Shown one piece after another: positions 55,722-64,000 of a stretch of 64,000 nucleotides of DNA. The stretch covers positions 45,483 to 109,482 of the forward strand of contig CALRAM010000001.1 of the NCBI GenBank assembly GCA_943353165.1, in the 5' to 3' direction. Within the stretch, counting starts at the first letter, position 1. The number at the start of each line of letters is the position of its first letter. Source of the stretch: an uncultured Candidatus Saccharimonas sp. (lineage in GTDB: Bacteria > Patescibacteriota > Saccharimonadia > Saccharimonadales > OMJO01). The translations under genes were made by a program, and so were the position numbers. Under the pieces are notes generated by a model, which saw nothing but the letters and a program-made list of their open reading frames with translations, was not told where the DNA came from and ran no database searches.

Positions 55722-57221
55722 ATGAGTTGGAAAGTAATATGGCAAGCCCTAAAAAACAAAGACATGCGAAAGCGTATTTTGGCTGTATTGGGCATGCTTT
55801 TAATATTTCGTTTACTTGCCCATATACCTATACCTGTCGGCGATCCGGCTACCCTCAAACAGATTTTACAAAATCTTTTTGAGGCCACAAAGGGCACGCA
55901 ATTACTTAGTTTTATAGATGTTTTATCTGGTGGAGCATTAGCAAATTTTTCTATTATGCTGGTTGGACTTGGGCCATATATAAATGCATCTATTATCATG
56001 CAGCTCATGACCAAAGCCATCCCAAAGCTTGAGGTTTTGAGCAACGAAGGCGAATTTGGACGCAAAAAAATAAACCAGTACACTCGTATGCTAACTCTGC
56101 CACTTGCCATCATACAGTCCATAGGCGCTATCTATTTAGTCAGACAAACCGCATCTAGAGTTAGCGGTATTGGCGATATTACAGCCAACGCTAGTTTGAT
56201 GCAGTGGGTTCTAATGGTTGCAGCCCTGACGGGTGGATCCATGCTATTGATGTGGTTGGGAGAATTGATAACAGAAGAAAGCGTAGGAAACGGAATCTCG
56301 CTGATTATAACTGTAGGCATTGTCAGTAGATTGCCACAAACTATTGCTCAAACTGCCATTTCTATTTCTTCTAACACCCAGAAAATGTCTTTATTTGGCA
56401 AAACTATGCCAATTAGCTTTCGTGCGCTGTGGTTAGGTACTCTTTTGATATTCATAACAGCATTGATTACGGTTTTGGTAGTAAAACTTAACGAAGCCTC
56501 CCGAAAGATAACCATACACTACGCTAAAAGAGTACAAGGCAACAGGACCTATGGCGGCGTCACGACTGTGTTACCAGTCAAACTAATAACGGCTGGCGTT
56601 GTGCCTATAATTTTTGCAGTTGCCTTTTTGAGTGTTCCTAGTTTTGCTGGGCAACTAATGAGCAGTTCACAGAGTCTGCGTTTACAGCATATTGGTACAA
56701 ATTTGGTTAGCTGGTTTCAAAACCCCAGCGCACAAACTTTTTCACAAGGCGGATTTACGCCCTACATTTACCCATTAATCTATTTTTTGCTAGTTTTTGT
56801 GTTTACGTTCTTTTATACCAGTATTACCTTCAATTCAAAGGAAATTGCAGAAAATCTTCAAAAGCAGGGTGGATTTATAGAAAATATTCGTTCAGGTTTG
56901 CAGACAGAAAAATACTTGTCAAAAGTGGTAAACAGATTGACTTTGTTCGGGGCTATTAGTTTGGGAGTACTAGCCCTACTGCCAATAATTGGACAGATAT
57001 TTCTAAAGTCAAATATAGCCATAGGAGGCACCAGTATCTTGATTTTGGTATCAGTTTCTCTAGAAACTCTTAGATCAATTGAATCTAGAGCCCTGATGGT
57101 TACCTATGACCAATATGCAGAGTCAGACTTTTTTTATGATAGCTCAGAACCCGCCCAAGCAGCTACTGGTGGTCGCCGTTTGCGCATAGTTTCACGGTTA
57201 CGTAAAACAAAGAAGAAATAG
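55722..57221 (+). CDS. secY: preprotein translocase subunit SecY
   Basis: 499 aa with 10 TM segments and GLGPYINASIIMQL. Confidence 0.95.
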   Translation: MSWKVIWQALKNKDMRKRILAVLGMLLIFRLLAHIPIPVGDPATLKQILQNLFEATKGTQLLSFIDVLSGGALANFSIMLVGLGPYINASIIMQLMTKAIPKLEVLSNEGEFGRKKINQYTRMLTLPLAIIQSIGAIYLVRQTASRVSGIGDITANASLMQWVLMVAALTGGSMLLMWLGELITEESVGNGISLIITVGIVSRLPQTIAQTAISISSNTQKMSLFGKTMPISFRALWLGTLLIFITALITVLVVKLNEASRKITIHYAKRVQGNRTYGGVTTVLPVKLITAGVVPIIFAVAFLSVPSFAGQLMSSSQSLRLQHIGTNLVSWFQNPSAQTFSQGGFTPYIYPLIYFLLVFVFTFFYTSITFNSKEIAENLQKQGGFIENIRSGLQTEKYLSKVVNRLTLFGAISLGVLALLPIIGQIFLKSNIAIGGTSILILVSVSLETLRSIESRALMVTYDQYAESDFFYDSSEPAQAATGGRRLRIVSRLRKTKKK

Positions 57222-57233
57222 TACAGAAAACAC

Positions 57234-57263
57234 TTTACAAAACAGATGTATAGGTGTTATACT
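57234..57263 (+). promoter_or_regulatory. candidate internal promoter upstream of infA (TTTACA-18 nt-TGtTATACT)
   Basis: TTTACA at 57234-57239 and TATACT at 57258-57263, preceded by TGt. Confidence 0.35.
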
Positions 57264-57280
57264 GCATTGACGTTATATTT

Positions 57281-57499
57281 ATGACAAAGAACAAGGAAGT
57301 AATCGAACTAACTGGAACTATAGTCGAGGCATTGCCTGGAACACAGTTCAGAGTAGAGCTCGAAAACGGTCATAAAATTATAGCTCATGTCGCCGGAAAG
57401 ATGCGGAAACACTACATCCGCCTAGTTCCTGGAGACGGCGTTACGGTCGAGTTGACCCCTTACGATCTTACGAAGGGCAGAATCACCTATCGCCAGTAA
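57281..57499 (+). CDS. infA: translation initiation factor IF-1
   Basis: [39 protein letters not shown] at 57281, inside the tracked ORF. Confidence 0.95.
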   Translation: MTKNKEVIELTGTIVEALPGTQFRVELENGHKIIAHVAGKMRKHYIRLVPGDGVTVELTPYDLTKGRITYRQ

Positions 57500-57587
57500 T
57501 TAACATTAATGTAGCAGTGTGTCGTATTGTTCGGGGTAACCCTTACGACGATCCGCCTGAATACCGCCTGAAAGGACTTCAAACGGG

Positions 57588-57704
57588 ATGAAAGTGCGTG
57601 CAAGTGTAAAAAAGATTAGCCCAGACGACAAGATTGTTCGTCGTAAAGGCCGTATTTATGTTATCAACAAGCTAAAACCAAAGCACAAGCAGAGGCAAGG
57701 TTAA
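57588..57704 (+). CDS. rpmJ: 50S ribosomal protein L36 (Cys-less form); below the ORF-track length cutoff
   Basis: Manual translation gives [38 protein letters not shown]. The stop lies 1 nt before the rpsM ATG. Confidence 0.9.
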   Translation: MKVRASVKKISPDDKIVRRKGRIYVINKLKPKHKQRQG

Positions 57705-57705
57705 G

Positions 57706-58092
57706 ATGGCTCGTATTTCTGGTGTCACAATTCCTGACGGCAAGCAAGTTCATGTTGCCCTGACTTATGTTTATGGTATTGGTCCAAAATCTAGCGTGGA
57801 TATTATTACCGCCGCAAAGATTGATCCTACTATACGAGTTAAAAACCTTACAGATGACGAAATCTCTCGTATTCAGGACGCCATAAACAAAGATTTTGTA
57901 GTAGAAGGCGAACTCCAACGAACTGTTGCCGGCAACATAAAACGCCTAAAAGACATAAACAGCTATCGTGGTTCTAGACACAAAGCCAGTTTGCCAACAC
58001 GCGGTCAGCGTACACGTACAAACGCTCGTACAAAGCGCGGCAAAAAACTTACTGTTGGTGGCACTGCAAAGAAAGCAGCTAGCAAAACTTAA
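57706..58092 (+). CDS. rpsM: 30S ribosomal protein S13
   Basis: MARISGVTIP..YRGSRHKASLPTRGQRTRTNART. Confidence 0.97.
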   Translation: MARISGVTIPDGKQVHVALTYVYGIGPKSSVDIITAAKIDPTIRVKNLTDDEISRIQDAINKDFVVEGELQRTVAGNIKRLKDINSYRGSRHKASLPTRGQRTRTNARTKRGKKLTVGGTAKKAASKT

Positions 58093-58103
58093 TTAGGACT
58101 ATT

Positions 58104-58568
58104 ATGACTGATACAATAACCCCAACTACTACAGAAATCCCAACAGAAGAAAAAGTCACAACGACTCCTACGGCTGAAGTTAAAACTGCTGCTCCTAAAA
58201 AACGAAAAGTAAAACGATCAGTACCGTCGGCACAAGTTCACATCTTTGCTACCTTCAACAACACCATAGTTACCTTTTCAGACCTATCTGGAGGCGCATT
58301 GACAGCTTCTAGCGCCGGAGCCTGTGGTTTTCATGGATCAAAAAAAGGCACTGCCTACGCTGCACAGGTGGCTATGGAAAAAGCAGGACAGCTAGCAAAA
58401 CAACAGTATGGAGTTTCCAAAGTTGTTGTGTATGTCAAAGGCGTCGGGCTTGGCAGAGAATCAGCAATCCGCGGACTACAAGGTTTAGACATTAGTGTAG
58501 ATTCTATAAAAGACGTAACAGGCGTTCCACACGGTGGCGTCAGACCACCAAAGGCACGGAGGATTTAA
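58104..58568 (+). CDS. rpsK: 30S ribosomal protein S11 with ~30-aa Thr/Pro-rich N-terminal extension
   Basis: The core VHIFATFNNTIVTFSD..GSKKGTAYAAQ is S11. The protein is 154 aa. Confidence 0.95.
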   Translation: MTDTITPTTTEIPTEEKVTTTPTAEVKTAAPKKRKVKRSVPSAQVHIFATFNNTIVTFSDLSGGALTASSAGACGFHGSKKGTAYAAQVAMEKAGQLAKQQYGVSKVVVYVKGVGLGRESAIRGLQGLDISVDSIKDVTGVPHGGVRPPKARRI

Positions 58569-58572
58569 TAAT

Positions 58573-59190
58573 ATGGCACGCGATACACAATCAATTGTAA
58601 AAATGAGCCGAAGAGAAGGCTATGCATTGCACCCTAAAGCTCACAAAGCTATGGCTCGTCGTTCGACTATACCTGGCAATCATGGAGGTCGAAACCAACG
58701 CAACAAGGCCAGCCAATATTCCCTCCAACTACGCGAAAAGCAAAAGGTTAAGAGGTTATACGGACTTTTAGAGCGACAGTTTGCCAATCTGATGACAGAA
58801 GCTTCCCGCAAAAAAGGCCAATCTGGGGAACTATTGCTTCAATTCTTAGAACAGAGAGCCGACAACGCAGTATACAGAGCGGGTCTGGCCTCCAGTCGTC
58901 GAGCATCACGTCAGCTAGTTACTCATGGACATTTCAACCTAAACGGCCGTCGCGTCGACATACCTTCTATTCGGCTAGTTGCCGGCGATGTTCTGGTTCT
59001 TAGGGACCGTAGTAAAACAAATCAGTATTTCAAAAGCATTGACGATGTTAGCCCAGCTCCGGCAGAAGTGCCTAGTTGGATAAAAGTTAACCGCAAGAAA
59101 TTTGAAATAACTATCACCGGTTTACCAACTCGAACAGAGGCGGAACCAGATATTAACGAACAACTAATCGTGGAATATTATTCACGTTAA
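58573..59190 (+). CDS. rpsD: 30S ribosomal protein S4
   Basis: MARDTQSIVKMSRREG..S4 domain RADNAVYRAGLASSRRASRQLVTHGH. ATG at 58573. Confidence 0.95.
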   Translation: MARDTQSIVKMSRREGYALHPKAHKAMARRSTIPGNHGGRNQRNKASQYSLQLREKQKVKRLYGLLERQFANLMTEASRKKGQSGELLLQFLEQRADNAVYRAGLASSRRASRQLVTHGHFNLNGRRVDIPSIRLVAGDVLVLRDRSKTNQYFKSIDDVSPAPAEVPSWIKVNRKKFEITITGLPTRTEAEPDINEQLIVEYYSR

Positions 59191-59210
59191 AAAGAGAGGT
59201 TACAATTATT

Positions 59211-60149
59211 ATGTCAAAAACTATTAACACACCAGGACTCGTCAGCACAGACGATCACAGCCCTACAAGCGCTACGTTTGTCATCGAACCATTGCACACC
59301 GGTTACGGTATGACTTTGGGAAACAGTTTGCGCCGTGTTCTGTTATCTAGTATTTCAGGAGCCGCTGTTACTGCATTTAAAATAGAAGGCGCTACTCATG
59401 AGTTTACCACTGTAAACGGCATCAAAGAAGACGTCGTAGAAATAATGCTTAACCTAAAAAGTATTTGTTTTCGTATATTTGGAGAAGCAGATTCTCATAC
59501 CCTCAGGATTGTAAAAAAGGGCAAAGGAAAAGTTACTGCCAAAGACATCCAAACTACAGCCGATGTAGAAATCGTTAACCCAGATTTTGTCATAGCAAAC
59601 ATAGAAGACGACAAAGTTTCATTTATTATAGACATTGTAGTAGAGACAGGTCGTGGATACAGAACTATAGAAGAAGTTACCGCCAACAAAGCTAGCGATA
59701 TGATAGCAGTTGACGCAATATTTACTCCAGTACTAAGAGTTCGCTACAAAGTAGAAAACACTCGTGTTGGACGAGTAACTGATCTAGACAAGTTGATGCT
59801 GACTGTCGACACTGACGGCTCTATAACACCCAGAGATGCCTTTGAGGAAGCCGCAGCAATACTAGTAAACCAATACACTGCCCTGGCAGGACAGACTCGA
59901 GTAGAAGTTGCACTACCGTTGACAGCGTCATCCGTTGCTAACGATATAGAAGACGAAAATTCAGAGCTACTGACTAGCATAGAAGACCTAAACCTGACTG
60001 CCCGAACATCTAACGCACTAGTAAACAACGATATCCATACCCTAAAAGATTTATTTGGCCTGAGCGAATCCGAGCTAAAAGAACTAAAAGGTTTTGGTAG
60101 CAAAGCGCTAGATGAAGTTAAAGAGAAGATGGCAGAGCTGGAGCTATAA
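59211..60149 (+). CDS. rpoA: DNA-directed RNA polymerase subunit alpha
   Basis: The N-terminal domain (PLHTGYGMTLGNSLRRVLLSSI) and C-terminal domain (LNLTARTSNALVNNDIHTLKDL) match RpoA. Confidence 0.97.
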   Translation: MSKTINTPGLVSTDDHSPTSATFVIEPLHTGYGMTLGNSLRRVLLSSISGAAVTAFKIEGATHEFTTVNGIKEDVVEIMLNLKSICFRIFGEADSHTLRIVKKGKGKVTAKDIQTTADVEIVNPDFVIANIEDDKVSFIIDIVVETGRGYRTIEEVTANKASDMIAVDAIFTPVLRVRYKVENTRVGRVTDLDKLMLTVDTDGSITPRDAFEEAAAILVNQYTALAGQTRVEVALPLTASSVANDIEDENSELLTSIEDLNLTARTSNALVNNDIHTLKDLFGLSESELKELKGFGSKALDEVKEKMAELEL

Positions 60150-60152
60150 AAT

Positions 60153-60626
60153 ATGCATCGTCACGGATACAAAGGTAGAAAATTTCACAGAGAACGCGAC
60201 CAACGCGAAGCGTTGATGGCAGGTCTGGCTGACTCGCTCGTAAAATACGAGTCTATAGAAACTACCCTCATGAAAGCCAAGGAAATAGTACCCTTTTTTG
60301 AAAAGCTAATTACCAAGGCCAAAAAAGGCGATTTGCACAGCAGACGTCAAGTAATCAGCAGCTTACAAACAATCGAAAGTGCACACAAACTTGTTGATGA
60401 AATAGCTCCTAAATTAGCCGGTAGAAATAGTGGACATTTGCGGATAGTTCGTACATCGTTGCGTCGAGGAGACAATACCCAGCTGGCTCGCGTCAGTTTT
60501 GTTGATGATATTTCAGAAAATGCAGAGAAAACTACGCCTAAAATTCCTAAAACCGTAACACCAAAAACAATTTCACCAAAGAAACCCAAGACCACAGCCA
60601 AAGTAGCAAAGAAAGAGACTAAATAA
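60153..60626 (+). CDS. rplQ: 50S ribosomal protein L17 with Lys/Thr/Pro-rich C-terminal extension
   Basis: MHRHGYKGRKFHRERDQR..LRIVR; 157 aa. Confidence 0.95.
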   Translation: MHRHGYKGRKFHRERDQREALMAGLADSLVKYESIETTLMKAKEIVPFFEKLITKAKKGDLHSRRQVISSLQTIESAHKLVDEIAPKLAGRNSGHLRIVRTSLRRGDNTQLARVSFVDDISENAEKTTPKIPKTVTPKTISPKKPKTTAKVAKKETK

Positions 60627-61066
60627 TGAAAACTTATAGCGCAAAAGCTACTGATGTAATCCGTAAATGGTACGTTGTAGACGCCAGCGAAGTTCCACTA
60701 GGACGCTTGGCAACTCAGGTAGCAACCCTTTTGACAGGCAAAGGAAAACCTATGTTTACGCACCACACCGATTGTGGAGATTTTGTCGTAGTCATAAATG
60801 CAGAAAACCTAGTAGTCACAGGCGACAAAATAAACAAAAAAATGTACTACCACCACAGCCATTATCCAGGTGGGCTAAAAGAAGCAAAACTAAGTGAAGT
60901 CATGGCAAAAGACCCCACAAAGCCTATTATCAAGGCTATTCGTGGGATGCTACCAGTAAACAAACTCAGAGACGGCAGACTTCTGCGATTAAAAGTTTAC
61001 GCAGGTATGGATCACAAACATTCAGCACAGACTCCAACAAAATATGATTTAAAGGCAGGGAAATAA
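60626..61066 (+). CDS. rplM: 50S ribosomal protein L13
   Basis: KWYVVDASEVPLGRLATQVATLLTGKGKP. Confidence 0.97.
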   Translation: MKTYSAKATDVIRKWYVVDASEVPLGRLATQVATLLTGKGKPMFTHHTDCGDFVVVINAENLVVTGDKINKKMYYHHSHYPGGLKEAKLSEVMAKDPTKPIIKAIRGMLPVNKLRDGRLLRLKVYAGMDHKHSAQTPTKYDLKAGK

Positions 61067-61067
61067 C

Positions 61068-61469
61068 ATGGCAAATCTAAAACACTACTTTTATGCATTG
61101 GGTCGACGCAAAAGCGCGACAGCACGAGTTCGTGTTCTGCCAGGCAAAGGCACTATAACTATCAACGGTATGATTGCCGGTGACTATTTTGCAAACAGCA
61201 AAGCCATGCTACACGAAATAAACAAACCTTTTGTACTGCTAGATATGCAGGGCAAATACGATGTTACTGTGGTTGTCAGCGGTGGTGGACACGCCGGTCA
61301 AGTAGATGCCATCCGACTAGGTATAGCAAAAGCTCTGACAGTTATGGACGAAGACCTAAAGAGCACTCTTCGACGAGCAGATTTATTGGGCAGAGATCCC
61401 CGCGAAAAAGAAAGAAAGAAATTTGGACTCAAAGGAGCCCGAAAACAACGTCAGTTTACAAAACGTTAA
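61068..61469 (+). CDS. rpsI: 30S ribosomal protein S9
   Basis: GRRKSATARVRV..GGGHAGQVDAIRLGIAKAL..KFGLKGARKQRQFTKR. Confidence 0.97.
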   Translation: MANLKHYFYALGRRKSATARVRVLPGKGTITINGMIAGDYFANSKAMLHEINKPFVLLDMQGKYDVTVVVSGGGHAGQVDAIRLGIAKALTVMDEDLKSTLRRADLLGRDPREKERKKFGLKGARKQRQFTKR

Positions 61470-61487
61470 TTTCTATTACTTTTATAC

Positions 61488-61523
61488 AAAAATCCTGTCA
61501 TATTTTGTCAGGATTTTTGTTTA
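61488..61523 (+). terminator. intrinsic terminator after rpsI
   Basis: AAAAATCCTG..CAGGATTTTT forms a 10-bp stem followed by TGTTT. Confidence 0.65.
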
Positions 61524-61542
61524 TCAGTTATAATATAAGTAT

Positions 61543-62574
61543 ATGAACAAAGAAACAATACTGACAGGAATACGTTCCAACGATACGCCACATTTGGGTA
61601 ATTATTTGGGTGCTATACAGCCAATGATCCAATCTGCTATCAAATATTCAAAAACTCACTGCATAAATATGTTTGTTCCAGATTTACACTCGTTTACTAC
61701 ACCTACGGAGTACGACTCTTTGTTTGACAGAACCCTGCAAAACATAAAGTTATATGTTGCGTGTGGGCTACCCATTGAACACGAAAATGTAAATATTTAC
61801 AGACAAAGCTACGTTCCTGCGCATAGCGAAATGGCCTGGATACTTGGCTGTTTTACTGGATTTGGTGAAGCCAATCGAATGGTAGAATTTAAAGACAAGA
61901 GTTCCCAATTGGGCGATGACAGAGTCAGTGTCGGACTATTCAATTATCCCATTTTGATGGCATCAGACATACTGCTCTACGATGCAAAGTGGATTCCTGT
62001 CGGCGAAGATCAGCGCCAGCATTTAGAGCTAACTAGAACACTTGCTCAACGTCTAAATAACCAATTTGGCGAAATATTTACTGTTCCAAATGACACCAAA
62101 TCTCAACAAAAGTTCATAGACAGAGATTCCAGCCTTCGAATCATGTCATTAAAACACCCAGACAAAAAAATGAGCAAATCCATAAATGATCCTGCGGGCA
62201 CTATACTGCTAAACGACATTCCCAGCGATGCAGCCAAAAAAGTTATGGCAGCCACAACTGATTCTGTGGGAGTTATAAACCTAGACTGGGAAAATCAACC
62301 CGGCATCTCAAATCTACTCTGTATATCTGCACTTTTATCAGAAAAACCTATAGAAGAAGTAGCCAAAGCTATGACCGGCAAAACAAATTACGGCGAACTA
62401 AAATCTATTGTCGCCGGGCAAGTCGAAGAATTTCTAACAAATTTACAGACAAAAATGAAAAATTTGGATGATTCTAAAATACTAGGTCATTTGGAAGCAG
62501 GAGAAAAATCTATGAATATAATTGCTAACAAAAAACTTCTACAAATCCAAAAAGCTATTGGCTTGCGAAAATAA
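61543..62574 (+). CDS. trpS: tryptophan--tRNA ligase
   Basis: TPHLGNYLG (HIGH region) and KMSKS. Confidence 0.95.
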   Translation: MNKETILTGIRSNDTPHLGNYLGAIQPMIQSAIKYSKTHCINMFVPDLHSFTTPTEYDSLFDRTLQNIKLYVACGLPIEHENVNIYRQSYVPAHSEMAWILGCFTGFGEANRMVEFKDKSSQLGDDRVSVGLFNYPILMASDILLYDAKWIPVGEDQRQHLELTRTLAQRLNNQFGEIFTVPNDTKSQQKFIDRDSSLRIMSLKHPDKKMSKSINDPAGTILLNDIPSDAAKKVMAATTDSVGVINLDWENQPGISNLLCISALLSEKPIEEVAKAMTGKTNYGELKSIVAGQVEEFLTNLQTKMKNLDDSKILGHLEAGEKSMNIIANKKLLQIQKAIGLRK

Positions 62575-63464
62575 TGATTGAATTTTTAGCGCTAGAGACA
62601 GATTCTGGCACCAGACTAGATGTCTTTCTGGCAAATAAACTATCTGACTACAGTCGTTCTGTCATAAAAAAACTATGCGATAGTGGCGATGTGTTGGTAA
62701 ACAAAGAACTCCAAAAAACTAAATACAAAGTTCGCAATGGGGACCACATAACAGTCATGATAGACCTAAAATCTTTGCAGGAAATACCAGATATTTCGCT
62801 AGATATTATTTTTGAGGACGCAGACTGTCTAGTCATTAACAAACCAGCGGGTGTTTTGACTCATAGCAAAGGCGCATTTAACCCAGAAGGTACTGTAGCC
62901 ACATTCATCCACTCCAAAACAGAGCGTATGGGAGGCGACAGGAGCGGTATTGTTCACAGATTGGATAGGGCAACCTCAGGCGTCATCATATGTGCCAAAA
63001 ACCCAGAAACACTTGCCTGGTTCCAAAAACAGTTCAGCCAGAGAAAAGTCAAAAAAACTTATTACGCAGTCGTCCTAGGACACATGAATCCACAGGAAGC
63101 TGTCATAGATATTCCCATAGAACGTCATCCCAGAAATCCCAAAACATTCCGAGCCAGTCCTTCGGGCAAAACAGCTCAAACGCACTACAAGGTAGTGGGT
63201 ACATCGGCTGATTATCAGCTTTTGGAACTAAAGCCAACCACAGGTCGAACTCACCAGTTACGTGTCCACCTAAAGTACCTAAAACACCCTATATTGGGCG
63301 ACACAATTTATGGCGGACAAAGTGCAGACAGAATGTACTTGCACGCTAGCGAACTAGAGCTAACATTGCCAAACAAACAGAGGAAAACTTTTCATGTTGA
63401 CGTTCCAGAAAGTTTTCAGGCTATAATTGACAACAATGGAACTCCTACTTCACCCGCAAACTAG
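62574..63464 (+). CDS. RluA-family pseudouridine synthase (RluD-like, with N-terminal S4 domain)
   Basis: The HRLDRATSGVII catalytic Asp motif and TGRTHQLRVH are present. Confidence 0.9.
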   Translation: MIEFLALETDSGTRLDVFLANKLSDYSRSVIKKLCDSGDVLVNKELQKTKYKVRNGDHITVMIDLKSLQEIPDISLDIIFEDADCLVINKPAGVLTHSKGAFNPEGTVATFIHSKTERMGGDRSGIVHRLDRATSGVIICAKNPETLAWFQKQFSQRKVKKTYYAVVLGHMNPQEAVIDIPIERHPRNPKTFRASPSGKTAQTHYKVVGTSADYQLLELKPTTGRTHQLRVHLKYLKHPILGDTIYGGQSADRMYLHASELELTLPNKQRKTFHVDVPESFQAIIDNNGTPTSPAN

Positions 63465-64000
63465 ATCGTCATACACCAGAGCTCTAGGTGGTAATGGGCA
63501 GGCATGGTTAGTTCTAGGACCACTAAATAGCGGAAAGAGAACCGTCGGGCTATCATTTATATCTGATTTGCTGGGTAGTGACGTCGACCAAATCCAAGAT
63601 AACCCATATTTTATGCATATAGTAGATGTTAAGGATACCATCGGCATAGAAGAGATCAGAAACATACATACTTTCTTGCAGCTCAAAACAGTCGGATTAT
63701 CAAAAACCTTTAACAGAGCTATATTGATAGAAAACATACATTTTATGACCATACCAGCCCAAAACGCACTACTGAAAACGCTAGAAGAGCCACCATTTGG
63801 CACAGCTATTGTGCTGACAGGCATCCGATCAAACAACATATTGGCTACTATCTATTCCAGGACCAAACATATAAATATTTTCAACCCAAACCACAAAGAT
63901 TCTGCAGAATATTTTGACAAAACTTTCGACGAGGATTTTGATAAAACCTACAATATTTCCGGTGGTTCAGTAGGTTTGATGGCGGATTTAATAAATCAAG
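63436..64000 (+). CDS. holB: DNA polymerase III delta' subunit, N-terminal part (runs off the window)
   Basis: Manual translation gives MELLLHPQTRSSYTRALGGNGQAWLVLGPLNSGKRT..AQNALLKTLEEPP..TIYSRT. It is missing from the ORF track because no stop falls inside the window. It overlaps the pseudouridine synthase 3' end. Confidence 0.8.
   Translation, partial: MELLLHPQTRSSYTRALGGNGQAWLVLGPLNSGKRTVGLSFISDLLGSDVDQIQDNPYFMHIVDVKDTIGIEEIRNIHTFLQLKTVGLSKTFNRAILIENIHFMTIPAQNALLKTLEEPPFGTAIVLTGIRSNNILATIYSRTKHINIFNPNHKDSAEYFDKTFDEDFDKTYNISGGSVGLMADLINQ

Noticed and set aside
52355-56122. Antisense ORFs of 134-141 aa opposite rplE (52355-52759), rplF (53715-54134) and secY (55697-56122)
   Set aside because: They are opposite highly conserved, unambiguous genes. 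They have no RBS or domain signatures and are best explained as shadow ORFs of codon-biased genes.
63450-63839. 129-aa ORF on the minus strand
   Set aside because: The plus strand here encodes a clear DNA polymerase III delta' N-terminus (GPLNSGKRT.., AQNALLKTLEEPP). That gene is missing from the track only because it has no stop inside the window.
1-64000. Alternative genetic code (UGA recoding as in some CPR lineages)
   Set aside because: TGA terminates several well-defined genes at the expected protein ends (galU 379-381, pilB 7891-7893, the gene ending 27180-27182). All long conserved ORFs are uninterrupted under code 11.

Overview
This 64-kb window comes from a compact, AT-rich bacterial genome that uses the standard genetic code: TGA acts as a stop and the long ORFs are intact. 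About 95% of it is tightly packed housekeeping genes. In order: galU (3' part), dnaE, an orphan PilB/GspE-type ATPase, malic enzyme, rplS, yraN, pepN, nusA, clpC, radA, a class A PBP, tyrS, recG, rsmD, hisS, tig, clpP, rpoB-rpoC, the str operon (rpsL-rpsG-fusA-tuf), the S10-spc-alpha ribosomal-protein cluster through rplQ-rplM-rpsI, trpS, an RluA-family pseudouridine synthase, and the 5' part of holB. Four features fit a reduced CPR/Patescibacteria (Saccharibacteria-like) genome, but that placement is inference, not a database hit: no rpmD (L30) between rpsE and rplO, no adk/map between secY and infA, many ribosomal proteins with charged extensions, and a type-IV-pilus-type ATPase. The only accessory-looking region is about 27.79-29.6 kb. 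It holds one intact tRNA-Leu(UAG) gene surrounded by several tRNA-Leu-derived fragments. Each fragment carries a conserved, GC-rich element of about 90-110 nt with three hairpins. In two copies the element sits exactly where the TTC of the T-loop should be. Its variable hairpin shows structure-preserving paired substitutions between copies. Two of the tRNA-3'-like units have their own intrinsic terminators. A LOG-family gene is bracketed by direct repeats of the element's 5' part. I could not match this element to any RNA family or mobile element I know, so it is the best candidate here for something undescribed. Smaller observations: CIRCE-like inverted repeats overlapping the clpC and clpP promoters, a terminator hairpin in the nusA leader, and a split of the S10 operon by a small membrane ORF and structured spacers. 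I see no CRISPR array, prophage, transposase, integrase or recognisable defence system.
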